DNA from: Eledone cirrhosa
Taxonomy: Eukaryota
NCBI GenBank assembly: GCA_964016885.1
Contig: OZ024743.1
Span: forward strand, 25,792,001 to 25,856,000
Direction of reading: 5' to 3'
Length of the DNA: 64,000 nt
Positions 13,201-26,900 of the stretch are shown here, piece after piece. The translations under genes and the position numbers were made by a program. The notes below the pieces were generated by a model. It ran no database searches. It saw nothing but the letters and a program-made list of their open reading frames with translations, and was not told where the DNA came from. Each line of letters opens with the position of its first letter. The first letter of the stretch is position 1.

Positions 13201-16200
13201 ATGTCAGTTGACAATACTGTTGTTACTGGAATACACTTATATCAGTTGACAATACTGTTGTTAATGGAATGCACTTATATCAGTTGACAATACTGTTGTT
13301 ACTGGAATACACTTATATCAGTTGACAATAATGTTGTTACTGGAATACACTTATATCAGTTGACAATACTGTTGTTACTGGAATACACTTATATCAGTTG
13401 ACAATACTTTGTTACTGGAATACACTTATGTCAGTTGACAATACTGTTGTTACTGGAATACACTTATATCAGTTGACAATACTGTTGTTAATGGAATGCA
13501 CTTATATCAGTTGACAATACTGTTGTTACTGGAATACACTTATATCAGTTGACAATACTGTTGTTAATGGAATGCACTTATATCAGTTGACAATACTGTT
13601 GTTACTGGAATACACTTATATCAGTTGACAATAATGTTGTTACTGGAATACACTTATATCAGTTGATAATACTGTTGTTACTGGAATACACTTATATCAG
13701 TTGACAATACTGTTGTTAATGGAATACACTTATATCAGTTGACAATACTGTTGTTACTGGAATACACTTATATCAGTTGACAATACTGTTATTACTGGAA
13801 TACACTTATATCAGTTGACAATACTGTTGTTACTGGAATACACTTATCTCAGTTGACAATACTGTTGTTACTGGAATACACTTATATCAGTTGACAATAC
13901 TGTTGTTAATGGAATACACTTATATCAGTTGACAATACTGTTGTTACTGGAATACACTTATATCAGTTGACAATACTGTTGTTACAGGAATACACTTATA
14001 TCAGTTGACAATACTGTTGTTGGTGGAATACACTTATTTCAGTTGACAATACTGTTATTACTGGAATACACTTATATCAGTTGATAATACTGTTGTTACT
14101 GGAATACACTTATATCAGTTGACAATACTGTTGTTACTGGAATACACTTATATCAGTTGACAATACTGTTGTTACTGGAATACACTTATATCAGTTGACA
14201 ATACTGTTGTTACTGGAATACACTTATATCAGTTGATAATACTGTTGTTACTGGAATACACTTATATCAGTTGACAATACTGTTGTTACTGGAATACACT
14301 TATATCAGTTGACAATACTGTTGTTACTGGAATACACTTATATCAGTTGACAATAATGTTGTTACTGGAATACACTTATATCAGTTGACAATACTCTTAT
14401 TACTGGAATACACTTATATCAGTTGACAATACTGTTGTTACTGGAATACACTTATATCAGTTGACAATATTGTTGTTACTGGAATACACTAATATCAGTT
14501 GACAATACTGTTGTTACTGGAATACACTTATATCAGTTGATAATACTGTTGTTACTGGAATACACTTATATCAGTTGAGAATACTGTTGTTACTGGAATA
14601 CACTTATATCAGTTGACAATACTGTTGTTGCTGGAATACACTTATATCAGTTGACAATACTGTTGTTACTGGAATAGACTTATATCAGTTGACAATACTG
14701 TTGTTACTGGAATACACATATATCAGTTGACAATACTGTTGTTACTGGAATACACTTATATCAGTTGATAATACTCTTGTTACTGTAATACACTTATATC
14801 TGTTGACAATACTGTTGTTACTGGAATACAGTTATATCAGTTGACAATACTGTTGTTACTGGAATACACTTATATCAGTTGACAATACTGTTGTTACTGG
14901 AATACACTTATATCAGTTGATAATACTGTTGTTAATGGAATACACTTATATCTGTTGACAATACTGTTGTTACTGGAATAAAGTTATATCAGTTGACAAT
15001 ACTGTTGTTACTGGAATACACTTATATCAGTTGATAATACTGTTGTTACTGGAATACACTTATATCAGTTGACAATACTGTTGTTACTGGAATACACGTA
15101 TATTAGTTGACAATACTGTTGTTACTGGAATACACTTATATCAGTTGACAATACTGTTGTTACTGGAATACACTTATATCAGTTGACAATACTGTTGTTA
15201 CTGGAATACACTTATATCGGTTGACAATACTTTGTTACTGGAATACACTTATGTCAGTTGACAATACTGTTGTTACTGGAATACACTTATATCAGTTGAC
15301 AATACTGTTGTTAATGGAATGCACTTATATCAGTTGACAATACTGTTGTTACTGGAATACACTTATATCAGTTGACAATAATGTTGTTACTGGAATACAC
15401 TTATATCAGTTGACAATACTGTTGTTACTGGAATACACTTATATCAGTTGACAATACTTTGTTACTGGAATACACTTATGTCAGTTGACAATACTGTTGT
15501 TACTGGAATACACTTATATCAGTTGACAATACTGTTGTTAATGGAATGCACTTATATCAGTTGACAATACTGTTGTTACTGGAATACACTTATATCAGTT
15601 GACAATACTGTTGTTAATGGAATGCACTTATATCAGTTGACAATACTGTTGTTACTGGAATACACTTATATCAGTTGACAATAATGTTGTTACTGGAATA
15701 CACTTATATCAGTTGATAATACTGTTGTTACTGGAATACACTTATATCAGTTGACAATACTGTTGTTAATGGAATACACTTATATCAGTTGACAATACTG
15801 TTGTTACTGGAATACACTTATATCAGTTGACAATACTGTTATTACTGGAATACACTTATATCAGTTGACAATACTGTTGTTACTGGAATACACTTATATC
15901 AGTTGATAATACAGTTGTTACTGGAATACACTTATTTCAGTTGACAATACTGTTGTTACTGGAATACACTTATATCAGTTGATAATACTGTTGTTACTGG
16001 AATACACTTATATCAGTTGATAATACTGTTGTTACTGGAATACACTTATATCAGGTGACAATACTGTTGTTACTGGATTACACTTATATCAGTTGACAAT
16101 ACTGTTGTTACTGGAATACACTTATATCAGTTGACAATACTGTTGTTACTGGCATACACTTATATCAGTTGACAATACTGTTGTTACTGGAATACACTTA

Positions 16201-17260
16201 TATCAGTTGATAATACTGTTGTTACTGGAATACACTTATATCAGTTGATAATACTGTTGTTACTGGAATACACTTATATCAGTTGACAATACTGTTGTTA
16301 CTGGAATACACTTATATCAGTTGACAATACTGTTGTTACTGGAATACACTTATATCAGTTGATAATACTGTTGTTACTAGAATACACTTATATCATTTGA
16401 CAATACTGTTGTTACTGGAATACACTTATATCAGTTGACAATACTGTTGTTACTGGAATACACTTATATCAGTTGACATTACTGTTGTTACTGGAATACA
16501 CTTATTTCAGTTGACAATACTGTTGTTACTGGAATACACTTATATCAGTTGATAATACTGTTGTTACTGGAATACACTTATATCAGTTGATAATACTGTT
16601 GTTACTGGAATACACTTATATCAGTTGACAATACTGTTGTTAATGGAATACACTTATATCAGTTGACAATACTGTTGTTACTGGAATACACTTATATCAG
16701 TTGACAATACTGTTGTTACTGGAATACACTTATATCAGTTGACAATACCGTTGTTGCGGGAATATACTTATATCAGTTGCTAATACTGTTGTTACTGGAA
16801 TACACTTATATCAGTTGACAATACTGTTGTTAATGGAATACACTTATATCAGTTGACAATCCTGTTGTTTCTGGAATACACTTATATCAGTTGATAATAC
16901 TGTTGTTACTGGAATACACTTATTTCAGTTGACAATACTGTTGTTACTGGAATCCACTTATATCAGTTGATAATACTGTTGTTACTGGAATACACTTACA
17001 TCAGTTGATAATACTGTTGTTGCTGGAATACACTTATTTCAGTTGACAATACTGTTGTTACTGGAATACACTTCATCAGTTGATAATACTGTTGTTACTG
17101 GAATACACTTATATCAGTTGATAATACTGTTGTTACTGGAATACACTTATATCAGTTGACAATACTGTTGTTACTGGAATACACTTATATCAGTTGACAA
17201 TACTGTTGTTACTGGAATACACTTATATCAGTTGACAATACTGTTGTTGCTGGAATACAC
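5340..17260 (+). repeat. Large tandem duplication unit B, copy 1 (about 11.9 kb)
   Basis: Shared rare variants with 17,260-26,900 at stepwise offsets. Offset 11,921: TATTGG 6011/17932, deletion 6382/18303. Offset 11,542: TACACTTC 7991/19533, GTAACT 8551/20093, AGTTTATA 8801/20343, GAATAG 9241/20783, GCGGG 10415/21957. Offset 11,694: AATATC of CACTAATATC 12441/24135. Offset 9,644: CGG 15218/24862, CCG 16748/26392, AATCCA 16951/26595. Confidence 0.88.
12150..15900 (+). repeat. Local duplication with period 2,050 bp (54 monomers minus 2 bp)
   Basis: CAATAATG followed by ACTCTTATT at 12301/14351, AATATC of CACTAATATC at 12441/14491, and TACTGTAA, AAAGTT, CACGTATATTAG and the paired CTTTG deletions all recur at +2,050. 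Confidence 0.9.
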
Positions 17261-20200
17261 TTATATCAGTTGACAATACTGTTGTTACTGGAATACACTT
17301 ATATCAGTTGACAATACTGTTGTTGCGGGAATATACTTATATCAGTTGCTAATACTGTTGTTACTGGAATACACTTATATCAGTTGACAATACTGTTGTT
17401 AATGGAATACACTTATATCAGTTGACAATCCTGTTGTTTCTGGAATACACTTATATCAGTTGATAATACTGTTGTTACTGGAATACACTTATTTCAGTTG
17501 ACAATACTGTTGTTACTGGAATACACTTATATCAGTTGACAATACTGTTGTTGCTGGAATACACTTATATCAGTTGATAATACTGTTGTTACTGGAATAC
17601 ACTTATATCAGTTGACAATACTGTTGTTACTGGAATACACTTATATCAGTTGACAATACTGTTGTTACTGGAATACACTTATATCAGTTGATAATACAGT
17701 TGTTACTAGAATACACTTATATCATTTGACAATACTGTTGTTACTGGAATACAAATATATCAGTTGACAATACAGTTGTTACTGGAATACACTTATATCA
17801 GTTGACAATACTGTTGTTACTGGAATACACTTATATCAGTTGATATTACTGTTGTTACTGGAATACACTTATTTCAGTTGACAATACTGTTGTTACTGGA
17901 ATACACTTATATCAGTTGATAATACTGTTGTTATTGGAATACACTTATATCTGTTGACAATACTTTTGTTACTGGAATACACTTATATCAATTGAGAATA
18001 CTGTTGTTACTGGAATACACTTATATCAGTTGACAATACTGTTGTTGCTGGAATACACTTATATCAGTTGATAATACTGTTGTTACTGGAATACACTTAT
18101 ATCAGTTGACAATACTGTTGTTACTGGCATACACTTATATCAGTTGACAATACTGTTGTTACTGGAATACACTTATCTCAGTTGACAATACTGTTGTTAC
18201 TGGAATACACTTATATCAGTTGACAATACTGTTGTTAATGGAATACACTTATATCAGTTGACAATACTGTTGTTACTGGAATACACTTATATCAGTTGAC
18301 AATACTGTTACAGGAATACACTTATATCAGTTGACAATACTGTTGTTGGTGGAATACACTTATTTCAGTTGACAATACTGTTGTTACTGGAATACACTTA
18401 TATCAGTTGATAATACTGTTGTTACTGGAATACACTTATATCAGTTGACAATACTGTTGTTACTGGAATACACTTATATCAGTTGACAATACTGTAGTTA
18501 CTGGAATACACTTATATCAGTTGACAATACTGTTGTTACTGGAATACACTTATATCAGTTGATAATACTGTTGTTACTGGAATACACTTATATCAGTTGA
18601 CAATACTGTTGTTACTGGAATACACTTATATCAGTTGACAATACTGTTGTTACTGGAATACACTTATATCAGTTGACAATACTGTTGTTACTGGAATACA
18701 CTTATATCAGTTGACAATACTGTTGTTACTGGAATACACTTATATCAGTTGACAATACTGTTGTTACTGGAATACACTTATATCAGTTGATAATACTGTT
18801 GTTACTGGAATACACTTATATCAGTTGACAATACTGTTGTTACTGGAATACACTTATATCAGTTGACAATACTGTTGTTACTGGACGCCACTTATATCAG
18901 TTGACAATACTGTTGTTACTGGAATACACTTATATCAGTTGATAATACTGTTGTTACTAGAATACACTTATATCATTTGACAATACTGTTGTTACTGGAA
19001 TACACTTATATCAGTTGACAATACTGTTGTTACTGGAATACACTTATATCAGTTGATATTACTGTTGTTACTGGAATACACTTATTTCAGTTGACAATAC
19101 TGTTGTTACTGGAATACACTTATATCAGTTGATAATACTGTTGTTACTGGAATACACTTATATCAGTTGATAATACTGTTGTTACTGGAATACACTTATA
19201 TCAGTTGACAATACTGTTGTTAATGGAATACACTTATATCAGTTGACAATACTGTTGTTACTGGAATACACTTATATCAGTTGACAATACTGTTATTACT
19301 GGAATACACTTATATCAGTTGACAATACTGTTGTTACTGGAATACACTTATTTCAGTTGACAATACTGTTGTTACTGGAATACACTTATATTAGTTGATA
19401 ATACTGTTGTTACTGGAATACACTTATATCAGTTGATAATACTGTTGTTACTGGAATACACTTATATCAGTTGACAATACTGTTGTTACTGGAATACACT
19501 TATATCTGTTGACAATACTGTTGTTACTGGAATACACTTCTTTCAGTTGACAATACTGTTGTTACTGGAATACACTTATATCAGTTGACAATACTGTTGT
19601 TACTGGAATACACTTATATCAGTTGATAATACAGTTGTTACTGGAATACACTTATTTCAGTTGACAATACTGTTGTTACTGGAATACACTTATATCAGTT
19701 GATAATACTGTTGTTACTGGAATACACTTATATCAGTTGATAATACTGTTGTTACTGGAATACACTTATATCAGGTGACAATACTGTTGTTACTGGATTA
19801 CACTTATATCAGTTGACAATACTGTTGTTACTGGAATACACTTATATCAGTTGACAATACTGTTGTTACTGGAATACACTTATTTCAGTTGACAATACTG
19901 TTGTTACTGGAATACACTTATATCAGTTGATAATACTGTTGTTACTGGAATACACTTATATCAGTTGATAATACTGTTGTTACTGGAATACACTTATATC
20001 AGTTGACAATACTGTTGTTAATGGAATACACTTATATCAGTTGACAATACTGTTGTTACTGGAATACACTTATATCAGTTGACAATACTGTTGTAACTGG
20101 AATACACTTATGTCAGTTGACAATACTGTTGTTGCGGGAATATACTTATATCAGTTGCTAATACTGTTGTTACTGGAATACACTTATATCAGTTGACAAT

Positions 20201-23200
20201 ACTGTTGTTAATGGAATACACTTATATCAGTTGACAATCCTGTTGTTTCTGGAATACACTTATATCAGTTGATAATACTGTTGTTACTGGAATACACTTA
20301 TTTCAGTTGACAATACTGTTGTTACTGGAATACACTTATATCAGTTTATAATACTGTTGTTACTGGAATACACTTACATCAGTTGATAATACTGTTGTTG
20401 CTGGAATACACTTATTTCAGTTGACAATACTGTTGTTACTGGAATACACTTCATCAGTTGATAATACTGTTGTTACTGGAATACACTTATATCAGTTGAT
20501 AATACTGTTGTTACTGGAATACACTTATATCAGTTGACAATACTGTTGTTACTGGAATACACTTATATCAGTTGACAATACTGTTGTTACTGGAATACAC
20601 TTATATCAGTTGACAATACTGTTGTTGCTGGAATACACTTATATCAGTTGATAATACTGTTGTTACTGGAATACACTTATATCAGTTGACAATACTGTTG
20701 TTACTGGAATACACTTATATCAGTTGACAATACTGTTGTTACTGGAATACACTTATATCAGTTGATAATACAGTTGTTACTAGAATAGACTTATATCATT
20801 TGACAATACTGTTGTTACTGGAATACAAATATATCAGTTGACAATACAGTTGTTACTGGAATACACTTATATCAGTTGACAATACTGTTGTTACTGGAAT
20901 ACACTTATATCAGTTGATAATACTGTTGTTACTGGAATACACTTATATCAGTTGATAATACAGTTGTTACTGGAATACACTTATATCAGTTGACAATACT
21001 GTTGTTACTGGAATACACTTATATCTGTTGACAATACTGTTGTTACTGGAATACACTTCTTTCAGTTGACAATACTGTTGTTACTGGAATACACTTATAT
21101 CAGTTGACAATACTGTTGTTACTGGAATACACTTATATCAGTTGATAATACAGTTGTTACTGGAATACACTTATTTCAGTTGAGAATACTGTTGTTACTG
21201 GAATACACTTATATCAGTTGATAATACTGTTGTTACTGGAATACACTTATATCAGTTGATAATACTGTTGTTACTGGAATACACTTATATCAGGTGACAA
21301 TACTGTTGTTACTGGATTACACTTATATCAGTTGACAATACTGTTGTTACTGGAATACACTTATATCAGTTGACAATACTGTTGTTACTGGAATACACTT
21401 ATTTCAGTTGACAATACTGTTGTTACTGGAATACACTTATATCAGTTGATAATACTGTTGTTACTGGAATACACTTATATCAGTTGATAATACTGTTGTT
21501 ACTGGAATACACTTATATCAGTTGACAATACTGTTGTTACTGGAATACACTTATATCAGTTGACAATACTGTTGTTACTGGAATACACTTATATCAGTTG
21601 ATAATACTGTTGTTACTGGAATACACTTATATCATTTGACAATACTGTTGTTACTGGAATACACTTATATCAGTTGACATTACTGTTGTTACTGGAATAC
21701 ACTTATTTCAGTTGACAATACTGTTGTTACTGGAATACACTTATATCAGTTGATAATACTGTTGTTACTGGAATACACTTATATCAGTTGATAATACTGT
21801 TGTTACTGGAATACACTTATATCAGTTGACAATACTGTTGTTAATGGAATACACTTATATCAGTTGACAATACTGTTGTTACAGGAATACACTTATATCA
21901 GTTGACAATACTGTTGTTACTGGAATACACTTATATCAGTTGACAATACTGTTGTTGCGGGAATATACTTATATCAGTTGCTAATACTGTTGTTACTGGA
22001 ATACACTTATATCAGTTGACAATACTGTTGTTAATGGAATACACTTATATCAGTTGACAATACTGTTGTTACTGGAATACACTTATATCAGTTGATAATA
22101 CTGTTGTTACTAGAATACACTTATATCATTTGACAATACTGTTGTTACTGGAATACACTTATATCAGTTGACAATACTGTTGTTACTGGAATACACTTAT
22201 ATCAGTTGACATTACTGTTGTTACTGGAATACACTTATTTCAGTTGACAATACTGTTGTTACTGGAATACACTTATATCAGTTGATAATACTGTTGTTAC
22301 TGGAATACACTTATATCAGTTGATAATACTGTTGTTACTGGAATACACTTATATCAGTTGACAATACTGTTGTTAATGGAATACACTTATATCAGTTGAC
22401 AATACTGTTGTTACTGGAATACACTTATATCAGTTGACAATACTGTTGTTACTGGAATACACTTATATCAGTTGACAATACTGTTGTTGCGGGAATATAC
22501 TTATATCAGTTGCTAATACTGTTGTTACTGGAATACACTTATATCAGTTGACAATACTGTTGTTAATGGAATACACTTATATCAGTTGACAATCCTGTTG
22601 TTTCTGGAATACACTTATATCAGTTGACAATACTGTTGTTACTGGAATACACTTATATCAGTTGACAATACTGTTGTTGCGGGAATATACTTATATCAGT
22701 TGCTAATACTGTTGTTACTGGAATACACTTATATCAGTTGATAATACTGTTGTTACTGGAATACACTTATTTCAGTTGACAATACTGTTGTTACTGGAAT
22801 ACACTTATATCAGTTGATAATACTGTTGTTACTGGAATACACTTACATCAGTTGATAATACTGTTGTTGCTGGAATACACTTATTTCAGTTGACAATACT
22901 GTTGTTACTGGAATACACTTCATCAGTTGATAATACTGTTGTTACTGGAATACACTTATATCAGTTGATAATACTGTTGTTACTGGAATACACTTATATC
23001 AGTTGACAATACTGTTGTTACTGGAATACACTTATATCAGTTGACAATACTGTTGTTACTGGAATACACTTATATCAGTTGACAATACTGTTGTTGCTGG
23101 AATACACTTATATCAGTTGATAATACTGTTGTTACTGGAATACACTTATATCAGTTGACAATACTGTTGTTACTGGAATACACTTATATCAGTTGACAAT

Positions 23201-26200
23201 ACTGTTGTTACTGGAATACACTTATATCAGTTGATAATACAGTTGTTACTAGAATACACTTATATCATTTGACAATACTGTTGTTACTGGAATACAAATA
23301 TATCAGTTGACAATACAGTTGTTACTGGAATACACTTATATCAGTTGACAATACTGTTGTTACTGGAATACACTTATATCAGTTGATATTACTGTTGTTA
23401 CTGGAATACACTTATTTCAGTTGACAATACTGTTGTTACTGGAATACACTTATATCAGTTGATAATACTGTTGTTACTGGAATACACTTATATCTGTTGA
23501 CAATTCTTTTGTTACTGGAATACACTTATATCAATTGAGAATACTGTTGTTACTGGAATACACTTATATCAGTTGACAATACTGTTGTTGCTGGAATACA
23601 CTTATATCAGTTGATAATACTGTTGTTACTGGAATACACTTATATCAGTTGACAATACTGTTGTTACTGGCATACACTTATATCAGTTGACAATACTGTT
23701 GTTACTGGAATACACTTATCTCAGTTGACAATACTGTTGTTACTGGAATACACTTATATCAGTTGACAATACTGTTGTTACTGGAATACACTTATATCAG
23801 TTGACAATACTGTTGTTACTGGAATACACTTATATCAGTTGACAATACTGTTGTTACTGGAATACACTTATATCAGTTGATAATACTGTTGTTACTGGAA
23901 TACACTTATATCAGTTGACAATACTGTTGTTACTGGAATACACTTATATCAGTTGACAATACTGTTGTTACTGGAATACACTTATATCAGTTGACAATAA
24001 TGTTGTTACTGGAATACACTTATATCAGTTGACAATACTCTTATTACTGGAATACACTTATATCAGTTGACAATACTGTTGTTACTGGAATACACTTATA
24101 TCAGTTGACAATACTGTTGTTACTGGAATACACTAATATCAGTTGACAATACTGTTGTTACTGGAATACACTTATATCAGTTGATAATACTGTTGTTACT
24201 GGAATACACTTATATCAGTTGAGAATACTGTTGTTACTGGAATACACTTATATCAGTTGACAATACTGTTGTTGCTGGAATACACTTATATCAGTTGACA
24301 ATACTGTTGTTACTGGAATAGACTTATATCAGTTGACAATACTGTTGTTACTGGAATACACATATATCAGTTGACAATACTGTTGTTACTGGAATACACT
24401 TATATCAGTTGATAATACTCTTGTTACTGTAATACACTTATATCTGTTGACAATACTGTTGTTACTGGAATACAGTTATATCAGTTGACAATACTGTTGT
24501 TACTGGAATACACTTATATCAGTTGACAATACTGTTGTTACTGGAATACACTTATATCAGTTGATAATACTGTTGTTAATGGAATACACTTATATCTGTT
24601 GACAATACTGTTGTTACTGGAATAAAGTTATATCAGTTGACAATACTGTTGTTACTGGAATACACTTATATCAGTTGATAATACTGTTGTTACTGGAATA
24701 CACTTATATCAGTTGACAATACTGTTGTTACTGGAATACACGTATATTAGTTGACAATACTGTTGTTACTGGAATACACTTATATCAGTTGACAATACTG
24801 TTGTTACTGGAATACACTTATATCAGTTGACAATACTGTTGTTACTGGAATACACTTATATCGGTTGACAATACTTTGTTACTGGAATACACTTATGTCA
24901 GTTGACAATACTGTTGTTACTGGAATACACTTATATCAGTTGACAATACTGTTGTTAATGGAATGCACTTATATCAGTTGACAATACTGTTGTTACTGGA
25001 ATACACTTATATCAGTTGACAATAATGTTGTTACTGGAATACACTTATATCAGTTGACAATACTGTTGTTACTGGAATACACTTATATCAGTTGACAATA
25101 CTTTGTTACTGGAATACACTTATGTCAGTTGACAATACTGTTGTTACTGGAATACACTTATATCAGTTGACAATACTGTTGTTAATGGAATGCACTTATA
25201 TCAGTTGACAATACTGTTGTTACCTGAATACACTTATATCAGTTGACAATACTGTTGTTAATGGAATGCACTTATATCAGTTGACAATACTGTTGTTACT
25301 GGAATACACTTATATCAGTTGACAATAATGTTGTTACTGGAATACACTTATATCAGTTGATAATACTGTTGTTACTGGAATACACTTATATCAGTTGACA
25401 ATACTGTTGTTAATGGAATACACTTATATCAGTTGACAATACTGTTGTTACTGGAATACACTTATATCAGTTGACAATACTGTTATTACTGGAATACACT
25501 TATATCAGTTGACAATACTGTTGTTACTGGAATACACTTATATCAGTTGATAATACAGTTGTTACTGGAATACACTTATTTCAGTTGACAATACTGTTGT
25601 TACTGGAATACACTTATATCAGTTGATAATACTGTTGTTACTGGAATACACTTATATCAGTTGATAATACTGTTGTTACTGGAATACACTTATATCAGGT
25701 GACAATACTGTTGTTACTGGATTACACTTATATCAGTTGACAATACTGTTGTTACTGGAATACACTTATATCAGTTGACAATACTGTTGTTACTGGCATA
25801 CACTTATATCAGTTGACAATACTGTTGTTACTGGAATACACTTATATCAGTTGATAATACTGTTGTTACTGGAATACACTTATATCAGTTGATAATACTG
25901 TTGTTACTGGAATACACTTATATCAGTTGACAATACTGTTGTTACTGGAATACACTTATATCAGTTGACAATACTGTTGTTACTGGAATACACTTATATC
26001 AGTTGATAATACTGTTGTTACTAGAATACACTTATATCATTTGACAATACTGTTGTTACTGGAATACACTTATATCAGTTGACAATACTGTTGTTACTGG
26101 AATACACTTATATCAGTTGACATTACTGTTGTTACTGGAATACACTTATTTCAGTTGACAATACTGTTGTTACTGGAATACACTTATATCAGTTGATAAT

Positions 26201-26900
26201 ACTGTTGTTACTGGAATACACTTATATCAGTTGATAATACTGTTGTTACTGGAATACACTTATATCAGTTGACAATACTGTTGTTAATGGAATACACTTA
26301 TATCAGTTGACAATACTGTTGTTACTGGAATACACTTATATCAGTTGACAATACTGTTGTTACTGGAATACACTTATATCAGTTGACAATACCGTTGTTG
26401 CGGGAATATACTTATATCAGTTGCTAATACTGTTGTTACTGGAATACACTTATATCAGTTGACAATACTGTTGTTAATGGAATACACTTATATCAGTTGA
26501 CAATCCTGTTGTTTCTGGAATACACTTATATCAGTTGATAATACTGTTGTTACTGGAATACACTTATTTCAGTTGACAATACTGTTGTTACTGGAATCCA
26601 CTTATATCAGTTGATAATACTGTTGTTACTGGAATACACTTACATCAGTTGATAATACTGTTGTTGCTGGAATACACTTATTTCAGTTGACAATACTGTT
26701 GTTACTGGAATACACTTCATCAGTTGATAATACTGTTGTTACTGGAATACACTTATATCAGTTGATAATACTGTTGTTACTGGAATACACTTATATCAGT
26801 TGACAATACTGTTGTTACTGGAATACACTTATATCAGTTGACAATACTGTTGTTACTGGAATACACTTATATCAGTTGACAATACTGTTGTTGCTGGAAT
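17260..26900 (+). repeat. Large tandem duplication unit B, copy 2 (about 9.6 kb; relative to copy 1 it is 10 and 54 monomers shorter at two points and 4 monomers longer at one)
   Basis: The offset changes are -380, +152 and -2,050 bp, each a whole number of monomers once known 1-bp deletions are allowed for. Confidence 0.88.
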
